Shown here: one piece after another, positions 51,561 to 63,846 of the stretch
Layout of the letters: each line of letters opens with the position of its first letter
Position numbering within the stretch: the first letter of the stretch is position 1
NCBI GenBank assembly: GCA_030390025.1
Contig: CM059431.1
Coordinates: 131,814,001 to 131,878,000 of the forward strand
Origin: Squalus acanthias
Lineage: Eukaryota
DNA length: 64,000 bases
Reading direction: 5' to 3'
Translations under genes and position numbers: made by a program
The notes under the pieces: generated by a model
What the model saw: the letters and a program-made list of their open reading frames with translations, nothing else
Told to the model about the DNA's origin: nothing
The model's database searches: none

Positions 51561-53105
51561 CAGTAATGCCAACCCCACCATCTCATAAATCATGAGACAA
51601 ACTCTTAAAAATCCTGAGATTTGGTAAGAAATCATGAGTTGTTATTTTTTGGTTTATAAACCTCATTAGTGGCTTTATTTAATCTCTAACAGGTCACAGC
51701 TCTTTACAAAACCTATATTACTGCATCTGAAATAACAACAGAAAACGCTGGAAAAACTCAGCAGGCCAGGCAGCATCCGTGGAGAGAGAAAGAGAGTTAA
51801 CGTTTCAGGTCGATGACCTTTCATCATTCTGATGAAAGGTCATCAACCTGAAATGTTAACTCTCTTTCTCTCTCCACGGATGCTGCCTGGCCTGCTGAGT
51901 TTTTCAAGCGTTTTCTGTTGTTATTTCGGATTTCCAGCATCCGCAGTATTTTACTATCGTATTACTGCATCTGAAAATGTTTTACAAAAGACTTTTAAAA
52001 AATCATACCATTATCACCACCCTTCACTTGGTGCCCAACACAAACACCATGCAAGGCAGTCCCTGCAGCTGCCAACCAAAGGTAAGTTTTGGGGAAAAAA
52101 TTCAAAAACACCTTTCCATGGAGACAGGAGTTGCAGTCACTCCCAGTGAACATCGATGTGTTTGGTGATGTGAACACTTCTTTCTTACTATCTCTTGCCC
52201 TCAGTGTCGATTCCTCTCTTTCTCTTCCCTTCTCTTCACAGCTTTCTGGGCCTCCCACGCAGCTTTTCAATGGGAAAAAACACATGTGCGCTATGTGGGG
52301 CTGCGCACCCAAAAAAAATTAATGGGAACATTGCCCCCATCTCTCTCATTCCTCTCTCTGTACCCCATCTCTCTCTCCTATTTGTCTCTCTCTACCTCCA
52401 TCTCTCTCCCAGTCACTCTTCCACATCTCTCTCTCTCTCTCTCTCTCTCTCTACTCCCATCACTCCCTTGCCTCTCTATACCTCCATCTCTCTCTCTTCC
52501 ATTCACTCTTTGTACCCCCATCTCTCTCCCTATCATTCATCCCCATCACTCTCTCTGTACCTCCATCTCTCTGCCTATTTCTCCCATCTCTCTCTCCCTT
52601 CACAACCATCAAACAATCAAAGGGACACTGATTCCTGCTTGACTTAGCACTCAGAGACTGATCTCACTCTTATTAGCCTCTACAACTACTACAGAGCTAG
52701 TTTAAGAGAAAGCATGAAAAACAGCAACCGCGTAATCCTGGCCACAATGTTATCACATATTTGTGCACAGTACCTTCACAACACACATAGTTCGACCCTG
52801 GGCAAGGAGAAACGCAGCTTCACAAAATGGCTGTGGCACTGCCTTTCTTGCTCTTCCATTGGCTGCTTCATGTCACTTCACTTTGTGATTGACAGCAGAG
52901 GGAACCAATCAAGGGATCTTACAGCTGATTGGCCTGACTAAACCCACATGTCCCAGAGCAGCCAATCACCAGGACGCATAATGAAGATTAATAGAGTGGG
53001 GGAAAAAATCATGACTTTTCACAGTTAAACCGCGTGATCATGAGTTAGGTCAATTTTCATTAAAAATCACATGTCTCGCGATTAATTCACAAGAGTGCAT
53101 TACTG
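51561..53105. mobile_element. Non-autonomous DNA transposon with hAT-like termini and a 6-bp TSD
   Basis: Perfect 9-bp TIR CAGTAATGC / GCATTACTG; flanks TCTGCC / CCTGCC; interrupts CR1 ORF2. Confidence 0.8.
51733..51960 (+). mobile_element. Penelope-like mini-element, copy 4: ~95-bp-arm palindrome with 16-bp TSD
   Basis: TSD ATTACTGCATCTGAAA at 51717-51732 and 51961-51976. Symmetry centre TTC at 51827-51829. Hammerhead core CTGATGA..GAAA at 51829-51853. Confidence 0.9.
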
Positions 53106-54893
53106 CCTGCCCATTTCACTATCTTGTCTATGTCATCCTGATATCTACAACTATCCTCATCACTATCTACTACTTTGCCAAGTTTTGTATCATCTGCAAA
53201 CTTTATAATGCTACTCCCTACATCAGAGTCTGGTCATTTATAAAAATTGAAAAGAGTAATGGAACCATACCCAGTCTGAAAAACATGACCACCCTGTCAC
53301 TGAGCCAATTCTGTATCCATACCGCCACTTTCCCCTTAATTCCATGGGCTTTCATGTTCTTAACAAGCCTACATGTTGAATGTCTTCCAAAAGTCCCTAT
53401 ATACACAACATCTCCTGCACTACCTTGATCAACTTTCTCTGTTACCTCATCAAAGAATTCAATCAAGTCAGTCAGACACGATTTGCCTTTAACAAATCCA
53501 TGCTGGCTCTCCTTGATTAACCCATGTCTTTCGAAATGAATGTTTATTTTGCCCCTGATAATGGTTTCCAGTAACTTCCCCACCACCGATGTTAGGCTGA
53601 CTTGGCCTATTGTTTCCTGCTTTATCCCTCTCCCCTTTCTTGAATAGTGTTATAACATTAGCAGTCCTCCGGCACTACTCCTGAGTCCAATGAGGATTGA
53701 ACGATTGTGACCAATGCCTCTGCTACTTATACCTTTGCTTCTTTCAGCAACCTAGGATGCATTCCATCTTGACCAGGTGACTTCCCAACTTTCAGTAATG
53801 CTAATCTTATAGCCAGGAAGTGGGGCAGATTTTGGTCAATATTGCACCTGAAACCTCCATATTTTAGACAAATGTAAATTTAAGGGCTGAAAACAGGTTC
53901 TCTGACTTTGAAATAAATGGGATGGTGACCCCAGGCAGATTTTAATCAGGGTGTGGAGTGCCATTTGATCAGCAGCAGCTGTGAGACTAGAATTGGTGAC
54001 CATCCGAGTATTGAGCCATCAGCCACCAGGTTACATTCTCATTAATGGTCATTATAAGTGAAATTGGAGAGATTGGGTATTGTGGATGTTCACTCCTACT
54101 GTGTTATCAATGTTGGTGATTGAAGTGATCCTGTATTTTCTTCATATATTTTATCTAATTCAAATTTAAACATCTCTCTAAAAACCTGGGAATTATAAAG
54201 GTTATATTTCATTTAAAAACAAATAGCATTGATGCCAGCTATGTTACGTGAAGTCAATAATCTTATCAAAGCTGATGTTCACCTGCAGCTTACTCAGTTT
54301 TATAAATACAAGCTATTCCTTTCTGTCACTGTTTCTAATATTGAAAATGCTTCGAGGTGGGAAATAATTGGACCTCAATCTCCTTAAACATGACCTTTTG
54401 ACAACCATTAATTTCATGTGGGTTTTGCTATATAGACTATTCACACAGCAGAATGAGCCCCTCCAAGCACATTCCAGGTATTATAATGAAAGAAATCAGA
54501 GAGGAAGTGAGCCTTGTCAGTTGTAGCCTGTTACGGATGTGATGGTGTCAGAGCACCAGCAGTCATATTGCAAGCAGCTGTTCAAGTTGTCAAGATGAGT
54601 CATTTTTGCTTCATAATTTCATAGGGAGTCAACATATACCAGATCGTTGTATTAGATTTCAAGGTGCTGCTCTCTCATTCAATCTGTTGCAGAAAGAGAA
54701 ATTCGACAAGGTTTTGTAGCAATGACTTCTCTGAATGTTTAAAAAATGAGCAGTGATGGGCAGAGATACATAAGTTTTTTTTAAATGTACATTTTTAATT
54801 AACTTTGTGCTCATCCAAGCGAAGGATGTTAGCGATGGGGAACATCAAATGTTCTTGCATTCTTAAAAAGCCTCATGTTAGCCTAACGTGTTA

Positions 54894-55010
54894 CTGATGA
54901 TAGGTCAGCGACCTGAAATGTTAACTTTGTTTCTCTCTCCACAGCTGCTGCCTGACCAGCATTTTCTGCTTTTATTTCAGATTTCCAGCATCTGCAGTAT
55001 TTTGCTTTTG
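54894..55010 (+). mobile_element. Penelope-like mini-element, copy 5, beginning at the hammerhead core
   Basis: CTGATGA-T-AGGTC-AGC-GACCT-GAAA-TGTTAAC followed by the family body with a small deletion. Confidence 0.8.
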
Positions 55011-55740
55011 AGTTACAATTACACTCTGTCAGATTTGTGAATACCTTAGTTTTAAGCTTTATACTCAAAAGAAGACATTTCAAGAGCCAGCATTTGCAAG
55101 GAAACTTTGGAAAGCCAAAGAACTCTATAAATAAATGTGAAATATAGAATCATAGAAAGTTACGGCACAGAAGGAGGCCGTTCGACCCATTGTGTCTGCG
55201 CCGGTCGAAAAAAAGCTATCCAGCCTAATCCCACTTTCCAGCTCTTGGTTTGTAGCCTTGCAGGTTACGGCACTTCAAGTGCATATCCAAGTACTTTTTA
55301 AATGTGATGAGGGTTTCTGCCTCTACCACCCTGTTCAGGCAGTGCGTTTCAGACCCCCACCGCCATCTGGGTGAAAACATTTCTCAACTCCCCTCTAATT
55401 CTTCTACCAATTACTTTAAATCTATGCCCCCTGGTTATTGATCTCTCCCCTAAAGGAAATAGGTGCTTTCTATCCACTCTTTCTAGGCCCCTCATAATTT
55501 TATACACCTCAATTAAATTTCTCCTCAGCCTCCTCTGTTCCAAAGAAAACAATCCCAGCCTATCCAATCTTTCCCCATAGCTAAAATTCTCCAGTCCTGG
55601 CAACATCTTTCCTGTAATGTGGTGACCAGAACTGTAAGCAGTGCTCTAGCTGTGGCCTAACTAGTATTTTATACAGTTCTAGCATAACCTCACTGCTCTT
55701 ATATTCTGTCCCTCGGCTAATAAAGGAAAGTATCCCGTAT

Positions 55741-55776
55741 CTGACGAAAGGTCTTCGACCTGAAACGTTAACTCTG
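55741..55776 (+). ncRNA. Minimal hammerhead ribozyme core (5' strand of stem I missing)
   Basis: CTGACGA-A-AGGTC-TTC-GACCT-GAAAC-GTT-AACTCTG, with a 5-bp stem II and a palindromic AACGTT stem III. Confidence 0.75.
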
Positions 55777-55872
55777 TTTCTCTCTCCACGGATGCTGCCT
55801 GGCCTGCTGAGTTTTTCCAGCGTTTTCTGTTGTTATTTCGGATTTCCAGCATCCGCAGTATTTTGCTATCGT
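55741..55872 (+). mobile_element. Penelope-like mini-element, copy 6, with 14-bp TSD
   Basis: TSD AAAGTATCCCGTAT at 55727-55740 and 55873-55886, inside CR1; CpGs intact, suggesting a young copy. Confidence 0.9.
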
Positions 55873-56484
55873 AAAGTATCCCGTATGACTTCTTAACCAC
55901 CTTATCTACCTGTCCTGCTACCTTCAGGGATCTGTGGACATGCACTCCAAGGTCCCTCTGTTCCTCTACATTTCTCAGTATCCTACCATTTATTGTGTAT
56001 TCCCATGCCTTGTTAGCCCTCCCCAAATGCATTACCTCACATTTCTCCGGATTGAATTCCATTTGCCACTTTTCTGCCCACCTGACCAGTCCATTGATAC
56101 CTGAGGAGAACTTTTTTAGCCAGTACATAACAAGCCCAACAAGAGAGAGGGCAGTTCTGGACTTAGTTTTAGGGAATGAAGCTGGGCAAGTGGAAGGGGT
56201 ATCAGCAGGAGAGCATTTTGGTGGTAGTGATCATAATTCAGTTAGATTTAGCATAGTCTATGGAAATATGAAAGAATCAACCATTTCATTTTATTTTAGC
56301 TGTTAAATACTTCTCACTGGGGGAAACAGAGTGATGGCATGGCTTTGCATTGTCCTTTCATCACCACGGTTTGGGCTCAAGTTCAATCCAAAATGATGGG
56401 ATGAATGTCTCCTTTGCCTGCTGGCTGTAAGGTTCTTATGTAGAATGAGTTTAATTAGTCTCAAGGGAAGCTGTTTATGGTTTC

Positions 56485-56805
56485 CTTTTTTTATTCGTTT
56501 CTGGGATGTGGGCATTACTGGCAAGGCCAGCATTTATTGCCCATCCCTAATTGCCTTTGAGAAGGTGGTGGTGAGCCGCCTTCTTGAACCGCTGCAGTCC
56601 ATGTGGTGAAGGTACTCCCACAATGCTGTTAAGGAGTGAGTTCCAGGATTTTGACCCAGCGGCGATATATTTCCAAGTCAGGACGATGTGTAACTTGGAG
56701 GGGAACTTGGAGGTGATGGTGTTCCCATGTGCCTGCTGCCCTTGTCCTTCTAAGTGGTAGAGGTCACGGGTTTTGGAGGTGCTGTCAAAGAAGCCTTGGC
56801 TGCAG
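56485..56805 (-). mobile_element. 3' end of another CR1/L2-group LINE family
   Basis: The minus ORF ends AGSKSWNSL...LQRFKKAAHHHLLKGN*, the WNSL/FKK C-terminal pattern of this LINE group. Confidence 0.7.
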
Positions 56806-57059
56806 ATGAAGAACCAAATCATCCAGTATTCTCCTCTTACCATTCAATGAATGGTCCACGCAATTACCTTTATGCCCATGCAGTAACTATGAAATAGAAA
56901 CTGATTCCGACTTTCTGGATGAATGTAAAGCAGCACCAGTCTGTGTGAAAATGCAATCAGAATTATCTTGAAACTGGTTTACAGCATTTCAATACAACTT
57001 TTTTTTTACAGTGAGTTCTATATTCCAATTAAAGCTAGTATCAATGGACAAGAATGGAC

Positions 57060-59112
57060 AGCCAATGAAGTACTTTTGAAATGTAGGCAGGAATTTTCTG
57101 GGGTATCGGTGGTGGGACGGGTGGGAAAGTATTTTTTTTTTACGGGAACCCGCTGTCAACCTGCCATAACGCGCCTTTCCCAATGTCGGGTCTGTCGGCG
57201 CTGAGCAGACCCGACAGGCAGCGACGGGCGACCCAATTAAACTCATTATAACGTACTTACCAGACCCTTAACAGGCTTCTTAACCTTAATTTTTAACTTT
57301 AACTTCATGGACATGGGAACCACGCTGTTCGGTGACCACGTCTGTCAACCTGAGGCAGGAGTTCAGTGGCCATTGCGCCAGCTGATTACTTGACAGATTC
57401 ATATGTACAGTAAAAGCTCCCACCTGACAGGAATCACTTTCCTCAGCCACAAGCTGTTCCTCACTGCAATTCCACAACAGATTCAGCCGGCTGCAAGTCT
57501 TTCCACAAGTCTCCATCCAGCCTCACCTCATTACCTCTCTCACCATTGACAGATCGCTTCTGTCATCTGTACTTCACCTGCCATCTATTCCATCAGCATG
57601 GGTGCCATTTATACTGTCTCACCTTGGTCCTCAGAATCAGACCACAATGAGCCCCAACACCAGCAGCACCAGGCACACCAGCAGCACCAACAACAACACC
57701 AACCTTCTCCGCAATCACCTGATGCTGCACAGGACAGAGGGCATCAGCAGCCAATCACATTGCTGCGCAGGAGGCCAGGGATGGCCTCATCATGGCCAGA
57801 TTTACTTAACTTTATGCTGTGCACCCTGGCTGCCACATGATGCGCCAGGTTGACACCACCCCACACCAAAACTATAAAGCTTCCGTACAATGACCAAGCC
57901 ATTACTTTCACACTCATCACCATTGCGGGGGGTACCGTTATGTCTCACCATTCACTGCAACTCACTAAACCACTTCCAAAGGTGCACACTAATCTGTCCA
58001 ATAAGGTAAAGTCTTGAAAATATAGATTTCAATGTTTGACAACACATTACCAGAAACTTCACATGAACATTGGCTAAACCATCCAGGTGCCTACCCTTGT
58101 GTGTTGTTAGTTCGTATGCTTGCAGTAGGTTGAGGGTGAGTGTAAGGGGTGGCTAGTGAGATGGGGAAGTGATAATGTAGATAGAGAGGGATGGGTGGAG
58201 GTGCAAGGTAAGTTGGTGTAAGGATGTGCAGGACTAGGGTAGGGAAGGCAGAGTGATGGGGATGTGATGAGAGGCACAGCAGGATGAGGTTGAGTATGGC
58301 TTTGTACTAACGTTTCATGATCTGCTCAGATCATTGAAAGGTTTGCGCCACTGCACCCAGGTCCTCCTGGCCACATCCCTGCTTGTGCCCTCCTGTGTAA
58401 TGTGTGACCAGGCTGTTTTGGTCTCCTGGGGAGGTGTCTTCACCCCATCAGAAGGGAAGAGAACCTCCCTGCATGCTCTGACTCCCTCTATAAGCATATG
58501 GAGGCAGTCATGGGAGAGCCTGGGTGCAGCTGTGCACCTCTGTGCAGTGCTTGTCAGTGTTTGCAGCACCTCAATGCTGTAGAACACTGACAACACAACT
58601 GTCAAATGAAAGTTGGCCATGGTCCCTTTAAGGAAACCGGCTGATGACGCATTATGAATGATGTCACCAGCCCCGCTTCCTCTAGTTGGACCGGGAAACG
58701 CGCTGGGTGTGCTTAACAAGCCCTATCAACATAAATTCATTTTCCAGAGCGGGATGGAGCCAGCAGCGGGGCCGCGACCCGCCACCAACATCGCCCGCCC
58801 TGGACCCGCCGAAGGAAGGAAAATCTCGGTCGTAGTCACTGTTAGAGTCCAGGCAACCAGAGCAGTCAAATTGTTCACAAGGTTCCACAAAAGCAATGAG
58901 ATAACTGGATGGATAATCTGTTTTGGTGGTGATTATTGAGGGATAAATGTTGGCCAGGACATGGGGCAAACTTCGTTTCTCTTTGAATGGTGTTATGGAA
59001 TCTTTTACGTCCAGCTGAGAGGGCAGACAGAGCCTCAGTTTAACATCTCATCCAAAAGACGGCATCTCCAACTGAACTCTCGGCCTAGATTATATGCTCA
59101 AATCTCTGGAGT
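57060..59112 (-). mobile_element. DeuSINE copy split by the Harbinger element (57060-57085 and 58832-59112)
   Basis: The joined sequence GCCAATGAAGTACTTTTGAAAT-GTA-GTCACTGTT and the downstream TGAGGGATAAATGTTGGCCAGGAC are reverse complements of parts of 44262-44680. Confidence 0.75.
57086..58831 (-). mobile_element. Non-autonomous Harbinger element, sister of 22872-27972
   Basis: TSD GTA (57083-57085, 58832-58834) and degenerate TIRs. ORF 58315-58719 contains the Myb/SANT remnant APRLSHDCLHMLIEGV...AWSHI...WVQWRKPFNDL. Confidence 0.88.
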
Positions 59113-59974
59113 TGTGATTTACACCTCTGTTGTTTTAATTGCCGAGGATAAGTTGGAGGCCATATTTCCGAACAAAAACACTTTATTTTGCAAAACCCTT
59201 TTCCAGTTTAAGCACCGAACTCAGTGACTAGTTCTGTGTATATTTTCAGATACAGATGCACTGCTCAGCCTGTATACTACTTGATGCTGTGCCAGGAATC
59301 CATATCTGAGCAAGCTATTAGCTGCATCAGTATAGCAATTCAACTTGTTACATGAAGGTACTTTGAATGATGAGATGAACTTGATGACTTGAGAAATCAC
59401 AGAATTGAGATACCAGCCTCGTTGCAGTGCATTATCATTTTTTAATGAGTCTTTGAGAGAGGCAGCTTTACCTTTGAAGGCAGTTACATCATACAGCTGG
59501 GAATCTAAAGGGTTTCCTGTCACACAGGAGTTGAAGTAACTTTGGGTCATAAAAAGTCTTTAACTTATCCCTCTGTCATCCCTGACAGATTTCTCAGGGT
59601 GTCATTTAAGTCCCTATACCCGTGAAAATGCCAACCTAATGCTTGCATTTGTGTTTGACATTTCAATTATAGACGAGTCACAGAATAATTCCCTGGAACA
59701 TTTTCCTTTAATGTCTTTTCAGTTTCAATTACAGTGGAATTTTAGTAACTTGTTAATGGTCTATATCATCGTTCCTTCCTTTTAGTGTGTTGGGAATTTG
59801 CTGTTATTTCTGAATACGCAGGTCCTAATGAGAAAATGCTAACCTGTGCAGTAATCATATTGCAAGGAGGGTGAACATATAACCACCTGAGCACTGGACT
59901 TGCTTTTCATATCACAAAACATAACCTTATTTTCTTCTGTTTAAAAGCTGCAACTGCAAATGGTGAGCTACTAG

Positions 59975-60580
59975 TCAACAGCAACGTGCATTTATATAGC
60001 GCCTTCAACATAGTAAAATGTCCCAAGGCTCTTCAAAGGAGTGTTATCAAATAAAATTTGATACCGAGCCACATAAGGAGATATTAGGACAGGAGCATGG
60101 TCACAGAGGTAGGTTTTAAGGAGCATCTTAAAGGAGGAGAGAGATGTAGAGAGGCGGAAAGGTTTACGGAGGGATTTCCAGAGCTTAGAGCTTAGGCAGC
60201 TGAAGGTATGGGCGCCAATGGTGGAGCGAAGAAAATTGGGGCTGCGCAAGAGGCCAGAATTGGAGCTACGCAGAGATCTTGAATGGTTTAAGACGCTCCT
60301 TAAAACCTACCTCTTTAACCATGCTTTTGGTCATCTGCCCTAATTTCTCCTTATGTGGCTCGGTGTCAGATTGTTTTGCCTTATAACACTCCTGTGAAGC
60401 GCCCTGGGACGTTTTACTATGTTAAAGGCGCAATATAAATACAAGCTGTTGTTGTTGGTGGTGGTGCACAGCTGGAGTAGGTTACAGAAATAGGGAGGGG
60501 CGACTCCATGAAGGAATTTGAAAACAAAGATGAGAAATTAATAAATCAAGGCGTTGCTGGATTGGGAGCCAATGTAGTGG
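59975..60580. mobile_element. Minus-strand L2-type 3' end with a plus-strand L2 tail (~60287-60457) nested in it
   Basis: 59975-60132 and 60287-60457 are imperfect reverse complements; (GTT)n tails. Confidence 0.8.
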
Positions 60581-61319
60581 GTCAGACAATGGTAGTGTTG
60601 TCATTTTGTACTGAATTTGGCCATGACTTGTCAACTATACACAGAGTAGCATTGGAGATGTATATAGTCACAAACTACATCTGCACTGACATGCTCTGGG
60701 GTACAGACTGGGACATTACAAAGATGAGATAATTAACACAATAATAATATTAGTTATGTGTGCAAATATTCCTAATGTTCAATAAAGCAGCACCCCTCAA
60801 AACATTTATTACTTCATTGTAATCACTTTGCACTCTTTGATAACGTGGGTTGCATCTGGTTAATATTCATTTTATGTACAGAATGTCACTGAGTTGCAAC
60901 ATGTTATTACTAAAACCAAAGGATGGTACAAGTAAAGGAATGGGTAATGGGAAGTGAAGTGCCATCTGTTCAAACCCGAAAGCCGATAAAAGGTTAATTC
61001 AGTCAGCTGGGAAAAGTGCTCCAGGAAGATTGAATTGCGGTTCTGACATCATTGTGATTGATTGGTTATCTTTGTTGTGGCTTAACTGTCGATCTGTTGT
61101 TCAAAAATAAGAAACATGAATATCAGAAGTGTTCAAAGCACCACCTCCCCATCATTTAGTAAAGACAGTGCCCAGTCTGGAACTGAGCAATCGAGGTTCA
61201 ACACCCAGCCTGTCATGCCAAGGAGGTAGAAACGACATTACAATTAGCCTCAGTTCTCTCAGTGTAAGTGTCAGCCAGCATTCCTGCTCCTGGTCCCTGT
61301 GTAGTAAATCCTGCTAAAG

Positions 61320-63846
61320 AGGGGTCAGGTGAGAGGAAATTTAGAAATCTAAAGAGAAAAGTCAAGGCAATGGAGCTATGTAGCGATTTGGGTAAATATA
61401 AGAAGAGTGTGACAGGAAGGGACAGAGAGTTTAATGGTAGTAATGCATCAGCGAATAAGGTGAACGCAGGGAATAATGGTAAAATGTTAAAATTAAAGGC
61501 TCTTTATCTGCATGCATGAAACATTTGTAACAAGATAGACGAATTAGTAGCACAAATAGAGATAAATGGCTTTGATCTAACAGCCATTACAGAGACGTGG
61601 TTGCAAGGTGACCAAGGTTGGGAACTAAATATTCCAGGGTACTTGACGTTTTGAAAAGACAGGCGAATGGAAAAGAAGGGGCGGTAGCACTGATACTAAA
61701 GGATGACATAAGGACAGTAGTGGGAAAGGATCTTGGCTCAGAAGATCAGGAAACAGAATCAGTATGGGTGGAGATAAGAAATAACAAGGGGCAGAAAACA
61801 CTGGTGGGAGTAGGTTATAGGCCCCCAAACAGTAGCTATACTGTTGAACAGAGTATTAATCAACAAATAATAGGAGCTTGTAACAAAGGTAATACAGTAA
61901 TCATAGGGGAATTTAATCTTCATATAGACTGGGCAAATTTAATTGGCAAAAGTAGTCTGGAGGGTGAATTCATGGAATGCATTGGCGACAGTTTCCTAGA
62001 ACAATACATCATGGAACCAACCAGGGAACAGATTATTTTAGATCTTGTAGATCTTGGTTAATTAGTAATCTCATAGTAAAGGATCCTCTGGGGAACAGTG
62101 ATCATGATATAGAATTCCACGTTGAGTTTGAGAGTGAAATACTTAAGTCCGAAACGAGAGTCTTAAACTTAAATAAAGCCAATTACATAGGTATGAGGGG
62201 TGAGTTGGCTAAGGTAGATTGGGAAATTAGATTTAAAGGTATGACGGTAGTTAAGCAGTAGCAAACATTTAAAGAAATATTCCACAATTCTCAATGAATA
62301 TATATTCCATTGAGAAATAAAAAAGCCACGGGAAAAGTGATCCATCCATGGCTAACTAAAGAAGTTAAGGATAGTATTAGATTAAAAGAAGAGGCTTATA
62401 ATGTTGCGAAGAATAATACTAAACCTGAGGATTGGGAGAACTTTAGGAACCAGCAAAGTAAGACCAAAAAATTGATAAAAAGGGAGAAAATAGGATATGA
62501 GAGTAAACTAGCAAGAAATATAAAAACAGATTGTAAGAGCTTCCACAAGTATGTAAAAAGGAAGAGAGTAGCAAAAGTTGGTCCCTTAGAGGCTGAGACA
62601 GGTGAGGTGGCTGCAGAGATAGTGGACGCGCTGGTTGTGATTTTCCAAAATTCTCTAGATTCTGGAACAGTTCCAGCGGATTGGAAGGTAGCAAATGTAA
62701 CACCGCTATTCAAGAAAGGAGGGAGAGAGAAAACAGGGAACTACAGGCCAGTTAGCCTGACATCAGTCATCGGGAAAATGCTGGAATCCATTATTAAGGA
62801 AGAGGTAACAGGGCACTTAGAAAATCATAATATGATTAGGCAGAGTCAGCATGGTTTTATGAAAGGGAAATCATGTTTAACAAATTTATTAGAGTTTTGT
62901 GAGGATGTAACTAGCAGGGTAGATAAAGGGGAACCAGTGGATGTGGTATATTGGGATTTCCAAAAGACATTCGATAAGGTGCCACATAAAAGGTTGTTAC
63001 GCAAGATAAGGGCTCATGGGATTGGGAGTAATATATTAGCATGGATAGAGGATTGGTTAATGGACAGAAAACAGAGAGTAGGAATAAATGGGTCATTTCC
63101 AGTTGGCAGGCTGTAACTAGTGGGGTGCCGCAAGGATCAGTGCTTGGGCCTCAGCTATTTATAATCTATATTAATGACTTAGATGAAGGGACCGAGTGCA
63201 ATGTATCCAAGTTTGCTGATGATACAAAGCTAGGTGGAAAGTAAGCTGTGAGGATGCAAAGAGCCTACAAAGGGGTGTAGACAGGTTAAGTGAGTGGGTA
63301 ATAAGGTGCCAGAACGAGTATAATGTGGGGAAATGTGAGGTTATTCACTTTGGTAGGAAGAATAGAAAAGCAGAATATTTTTTAACTGGTGAGAAACTAT
63401 TGAATGTTGGTGTTCAGGGAGATTTAGATGTCCTCGTACAGGAAACACAGAGTTAGCATGCAGGTATAGCAAGCAATTAGGAAGGCAAATGGCATGTTGG
63501 CCTTCATTGCAAGGAGGCGAGTAAGGAAGTCTTACTGCAATTGTACAGGGCTTTGGTGAGACCACACCTGGAGTACTGTGCACAGTTTTGGTCTCCTTAT
63601 CTAAGGAAGGATATACTTGCCTTGGAGGCGGTGCAAAGAAGGTTCCGTAGATTGATTCCTGGGATGAGAGGGCTGTCCTGTGAGGAGAGATTGTGTAGAA
63701 TGGGCCTATACTCTCTGGAGTTTAGAAGAATGAGAGGTGATCTCATTGAAACATACAAGATTCTGAAGGGGATTGACAGGGTAGATGCTCATTGAAACAT
63801 AAGATTCTGAGGGAGTAGCTGCTAAGAGGTTGTTTCCCCTGGCTGT
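61320..63846 (+). mobile_element. CR1 LINE ORF2, disrupted, with an internal deletion and no 3' tail
   Basis: Endonuclease and RT motifs, colinear with 14440-18040. About 240 bp are deleted at ~62602. Confidence 0.93.

Larger units (their letters stand above)
48555..53810 (-). mobile_element. Old CR1 LINE in four pieces (48555-49084, 49906-49985, 51426-51560, 53106-53810)
   Basis: The pieces are colinear CR1 ORF2 once three insertions are removed, e.g. ORFs 48645-48833, 48830-49015 and 53218-53586. Confidence 0.85.
55145..56265 (-). mobile_element. CR1 3' fragment (minus, 55145-56098) joined to an inverted endonuclease fragment (plus, ~56100-56265)
   Basis: Minus ORFs 55349-55606 and 55679-56128. 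The plus strand reads ENFFSQYITSPTRERAVLDLVLGNE...GSDHNSVRF. Confidence 0.85.

Noticed and set aside
52195..52647. Leu/Ser/Pro-rich ORFs
   Set aside because: Translation of CT-rich low-complexity sequence.
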